Shown one piece after another: positions 1 through 3,030 of a DNA stretch of 3,030 nucleotides (position 1 is the stretch's first letter; each line of letters starts with the position of its first letter). The DNA comes from Escherichia coli. GTDB lineage: Bacteria > Pseudomonadota > Gammaproteobacteria > Enterobacterales > Enterobacteriaceae. The stretch lies in NCBI RefSeq assembly GCF_003334315.1, contig NZ_QOWR01000106.1; one strand, 5' to 3'. Under the pieces are notes generated by a model. The model saw only the letters and a program-made list of their open reading frames with translations, was not told the origin of the DNA and did not search any database. Both the position numbers and the translations under genes were made by a program.

Positions 1-11
1 GCCGCCAGGCA
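1..11 (-). rRNA. rrf: 5S ribosomal RNA, 5'-terminal 11 nt only; the gene continues beyond the window start
   Basis: Reverse complement of 1..11 is TGCCTGGCGGC, the canonical 5' end of enterobacterial 5S rRNA. It sits about 93 nt downstream of the 23S 3' end in the transcription direction, the usual rrn operon spacing. Only 11 nt are visible, so the call rests on context. Confidence 0.7.
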
Positions 12-104
12 AATTCTGTTTTATCAGACCGCTTCTGCGTTCTGATTTAATCTGTATCAGGCTGAAAATCTTCTCTCAATCCGCCAAAACACCTTCGGCG
101 TTGT
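12..104 (-). other. 23S-5S internal transcribed spacer (93 nt)
   Basis: Lies between the 23S 3' terminus (..CUUAACCUU, complement of position 105) and the 5S 5' terminus (complement of position 11). No tRNA-like structure is apparent in it. Confidence 0.8.
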
Positions 105-113
105 AAGGTTAAG
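93..113 (-). promoter_or_regulatory. 3' half of the 23S terminal/processing stem (last 9 nt of 23S plus 12 nt of trailer)
   Basis: Plus-strand 93..113 (cttcggcgttgtaaggttaag) is a near-perfect reverse complement of 3004..3023 (cttaacctcacaacccgaag). In the transcript the two 23S ends and their flanks pair into a long duplex, the known RNase III processing substrate for pre-23S. Confidence 0.8.
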
Positions 114-340
114 CCTCACGGTTCATTAGTACCGGTTAGCTCAACGCATCGCTGCGCTTACACACCCGGCCTATCAACGTCGTCGTCTTCAACGTTCCTT
201 CAGGACCCTTAAAGGGTCAGGGAGAACTCATCTCGGGGCAAGTTTCGTGCTTAGATGCTTTCAGCACTTATCTCTTCCGCATTTAGCTACCGGGCAGTGC
301 CATTGGCATGACAACCCGAACACCAGTGATGCGTCCACTC

Positions 341-355
341 CGGTCCTCTCGTACT
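341..355 (-). other. Sarcin-ricin loop (helix 95), elongation-factor binding site
   Basis: Reverse complement of 341..355 is AGTACGAGAGGACCG, the universally conserved SRL motif. Counting from the 3' end places A2660 at window position 349 and G2655 at 354. Confidence 0.9.
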
Positions 356-441
356 AGGAGCAGCCCCCCTCAGTTCTCCAGCGCCCACGGCAGATAGGGA
401 CCGAACTGTCTCACGACGTTCTAAACCCAGCTCGCGTACCA

Positions 442-475
<34 letters not shown>

Positions 476-476
476 A

Positions 477-604
<128 letters not shown>

Positions 605-944
605 AGAACCACCGGATCACTATGACCTGCTTTCGCACCTGCTCGCGCCGTCACGCTCGCAGTCAAGCTGGCTTATGCCATTGCACTAACCTCCTGATGT
701 CCGACCAGGATTAGCCAACCTTCGTGCTCCTCCGTTACTCTTTAGGAGGAGACCGCCCCAGTCAAACTACCCACCAGACACTGTCCGCAACCCGGATCAC
801 GGGTCAACGTTAGAACATCAAACATTAAAGGGTGGTATTTCAAGGTCGGCTCCATGCAGACTGGCGTCCACACTTCAAAGCCTCCCACCTATCCTACACA
901 TCAAGGCTCAATGTTCAGTGTCAAGCTATAGTAAAGGTTCACGG

Positions 945-956
945 GGTCTTTCCGTC
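945..956 (-). other. Macrolide/lincosamide/streptogramin-B binding site (A2058/A2059 region)
   Basis: Reverse complement of 945..956 is GACGGAAAGACC. The A2058 and A2059 equivalents are at 951 and 950 (t on the plus strand, A in the rRNA), i.e. wild-type. Confidence 0.9.
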
Positions 957-1026
957 TTGCCGCGGGTACACTGCATCTTCACAGCGAGTTCAATTTCACT
1001 GAGTCTCGGGTGGAGACAGCCTGGCC

Positions 1027-1124
<98 letters not shown>

Positions 1125-1745
1125 CAAGAGCTTCGCGTTACCGCTAACCCCATCAATTAACCTTCCGGCACCGGGCAGGCGTCACACCGTATACGTCCAC
1201 TTTCGTGTTTGCACAGTGCTGTGTTTTTAATAAACAGTTGCAGCCAGCTGGTATCTTCGACTGATTTCAGCTCCATCCGCAAGGGACTTCACCTACATAT
1301 CAGCGTGCCTTCTCCCGAAGTTACGGCACCATTTTGCCTAGTTCCTTCACCCGAGTTCTCTCAAGCGCCTTGGTATTCTCTACCTGACCACCTGTGTCGG
1401 TTTGGGGTACGATTTGATGTTACCTGATGCTTAGAGGCTTTTCCTGGAAGCAGGGCATTTGTTGCTTCAGCACCGTAGTGCCTCGTCATCACGCCTCAGC
1501 CTTGATTTTCCGGATTTGCCTGGAAAACCAGCCTACACGCTTAAACCGGGACAACCGTCGCCCGGCCAACATAGCCTTCTCCGTCCCCCCTTCGCAGTAA
1601 CACCAAGTACAGGAATATTAACCTGTTTCCCATCGACTACGCCTTTCGGCCTCGCCTTAGGGGTCGACTCACCCTGCCCCGATTAACGTTGGACAGGAAC
1701 CCTTGGTCTTCCGGCGAGCGGGCTTTTCACCCGCTTTATCGTTAC

Positions 1746-1763
1746 TTATGTCAGCATTCGCAC
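1746..1763 (-). other. Cryptic pentapeptide mini-ORF inside 23S rRNA (E-peptide, GTG-CGA-ATG-CTG-ACA-TAA = fMet-Arg-Met-Leu-Thr); not a conventional gene
   Basis: Minus-strand reading of 1763..1746 is GTGCGAATGCTGACATAA, preceded by GGAGG (complement of 1772..1776) 8 nt upstream. It corresponds to canonical 23S positions about 1235-1268. It is silent in intact ribosomes and reported to be translatable only from rRNA fragments. Confidence 0.6.
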
Positions 1764-1920
1764 TTCTGATACCTCCAGCATGCCTCACAGCACACCTTCA
1801 CAGGCTTACAGAACGCTCCCCTACCCAACAACGCATAAGCGTCGCTGCCGCAGCTTCGGTGCATGGTTTAGCCCCGTTACATCTTCCGCGCAGGCCGACT
1901 CGACCAGTGAGCTATTACGC

Positions 1921-1960
<40 letters not shown>

Positions 1961-2003
1961 TGTCTGGGCCTTCCCACATCGTTTCCCACTTAACCATGAC
2001 TTT

Positions 2004-2036
<33 letters not shown>

Positions 2037-3003
2037 CTTCACGACGGACGTTAGCACCCGCCGTGTGTCTCCCGTGATAACATTCTCCGGTATTCGCAGT
2101 TTGCATCGGGTTGGTAAGTCGGGATGACCCCCTTGCCGAAACAGTGCTCTACCCCCGGAGATGAATTCACGAGGCGCTACCTAAATAGCTTTCGGGGAGA
2201 ACCAGCTATCTCCCGGTTTGATTGGCCTTTCACCCCCAGCCACAAGTCATCCGCTAATTTTTCAACATTAGTCGGTTCGGTCCTCCAGTTAGTGTTACCC
2301 AACCTTCAACCTGCCCATGGCTAGATCACCGGGTTTCGGGTCTATACCCTGCAACTTAACGCCCAGTTAAGACTCGGTTTCCCTTCGGCTCCCCTATTCG
2401 GTTAACCTTGCTACAGAATATAAGTCGCTGACCCATTATACAAAAGGTACGCAGTCACACGCCTAAGCGTGCTCCCACTGCTTGTACGTACACGGTTTCA
2501 GGTTCTTTTTCACTCCCCTCGCCGGGGTTCTTTTCGCCTTTCCCTCACGGTACTGGTTCACTATCGGTCAGTCAGGAGTATTTAGCCTTGGAGGATGGTC
2601 CCCCCATATTCAGACAGGATACCACGTGTCCCGCCCTACTCATCGAGCTCACAGCATGTGCATTTTTGTGTACGGGGCTGTCACCCTGTATCGCGCGCCT
2701 TTCCAGACGCTTCCACTAACACACACACTGATTCAGGCTCTGGGCTGCTCCCCGTTCGCTCGCCGCTACTGGGGGAATCTCGGTTGATTTCTTTTCCTCG
2801 GGGTACTTAGATGTTTCAGTTCCCCCGGTTCGCCTCATTAACCTATGGATTCAGTTAATGATAGTGTGTCGAAACACACTGGGTTTCCCCATTCGGAAAT
2901 CGCCGGTTATAACGGTTCATATCACCTTACCGACGCTTATCGCAGATTAGCACGTCCTTCATCGCCTCTGACTGCCAGGGCATCCACCGTGTACGCTTAG
3001 TCG

Positions 3004-3023
3004 CTTAACCTCACAACCCGAAG
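3004..3023 (-). promoter_or_regulatory. 5' half of the 23S terminal/processing stem (first 7 nt of 23S plus 13 nt of leader)
   Basis: Reverse-complementary to 93..113 as described there. Pairing brings the mature 5' and 3' ends of 23S together. Confidence 0.8.
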
Positions 3024-3030
3024 ATGTTTC
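3011..3030 (-). other. Last 20 nt of the spacer upstream of 23S (precursor leader, 16S/tRNA-23S ITS)
   Basis: Sequence immediately 5' of the mature 23S end in the transcript (GAAACAUCUUCGGGUUGUGA). It is complementary to the 3' trailer at 93..104. Confidence 0.75.

Noticed and set aside
12-104. Possible tRNA or small RNA in the 23S-5S spacer
   Set aside because: 93 nt would be long enough, but the sequence shows no cloverleaf-compatible arms or a conserved T-loop motif (GTTCRANYC). The spacer matches the ordinary enterobacterial 23S-5S ITS containing only processing sequences.
726-751. Hairpin-forming inverted repeat (ctcctccg...ggaggag) with an AGGAGG-like motif, resembling a terminator or Shine-Dalgarno site
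   Set aside because: It is an internal conserved helix of 23S domain V (rRNA reading CUCCUCCUAAAGAGUAACGGAGGAG). It is not followed by a U-tract and has no downstream start codon in a real gene context.
2124-2324. Plus-strand ORF, 66 aa
   Set aside because: Antisense to 23S domain II. Same reasoning as for the other track ORFs.
2482-2787. Largest plus-strand ORF in the track (101 aa), overlapped by the 71-aa ORF at 2595..2810
   Set aside because: Both lie antisense to domain I of 23S rRNA. The translations are low-complexity and Pro/Ser/Arg-rich with no recognisable domain. Spurious ORFs inside rRNA genes are a well-known annotation artefact.

Overview
The window is almost entirely one complete 23S ribosomal RNA gene on the minus strand (105..3010, 2906 nt), Escherichia/Shigella-like. 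It is flanked by the first 11 nt of the downstream 5S rRNA (1..11), the 93-nt 23S-5S spacer (12..104) and the last 20 nt of the upstream spacer (3011..3030). I find no protein-coding gene, mobile element, CRISPR array or novel system. All nine ORFs in the six-frame track lie on the plus strand, antisense to the rRNA, and are artefacts. The points worth noting are ordinary rRNA biology: a long-range inverted repeat bracketing the 23S (processing stem), the cryptic E-peptide mini-ORF, wild-type antibiotic-target nucleotides, and a probable 2-nt helix variant. All identifications rest on reading the sequence against remembered E. coli rRNA; no search or alignment was run.
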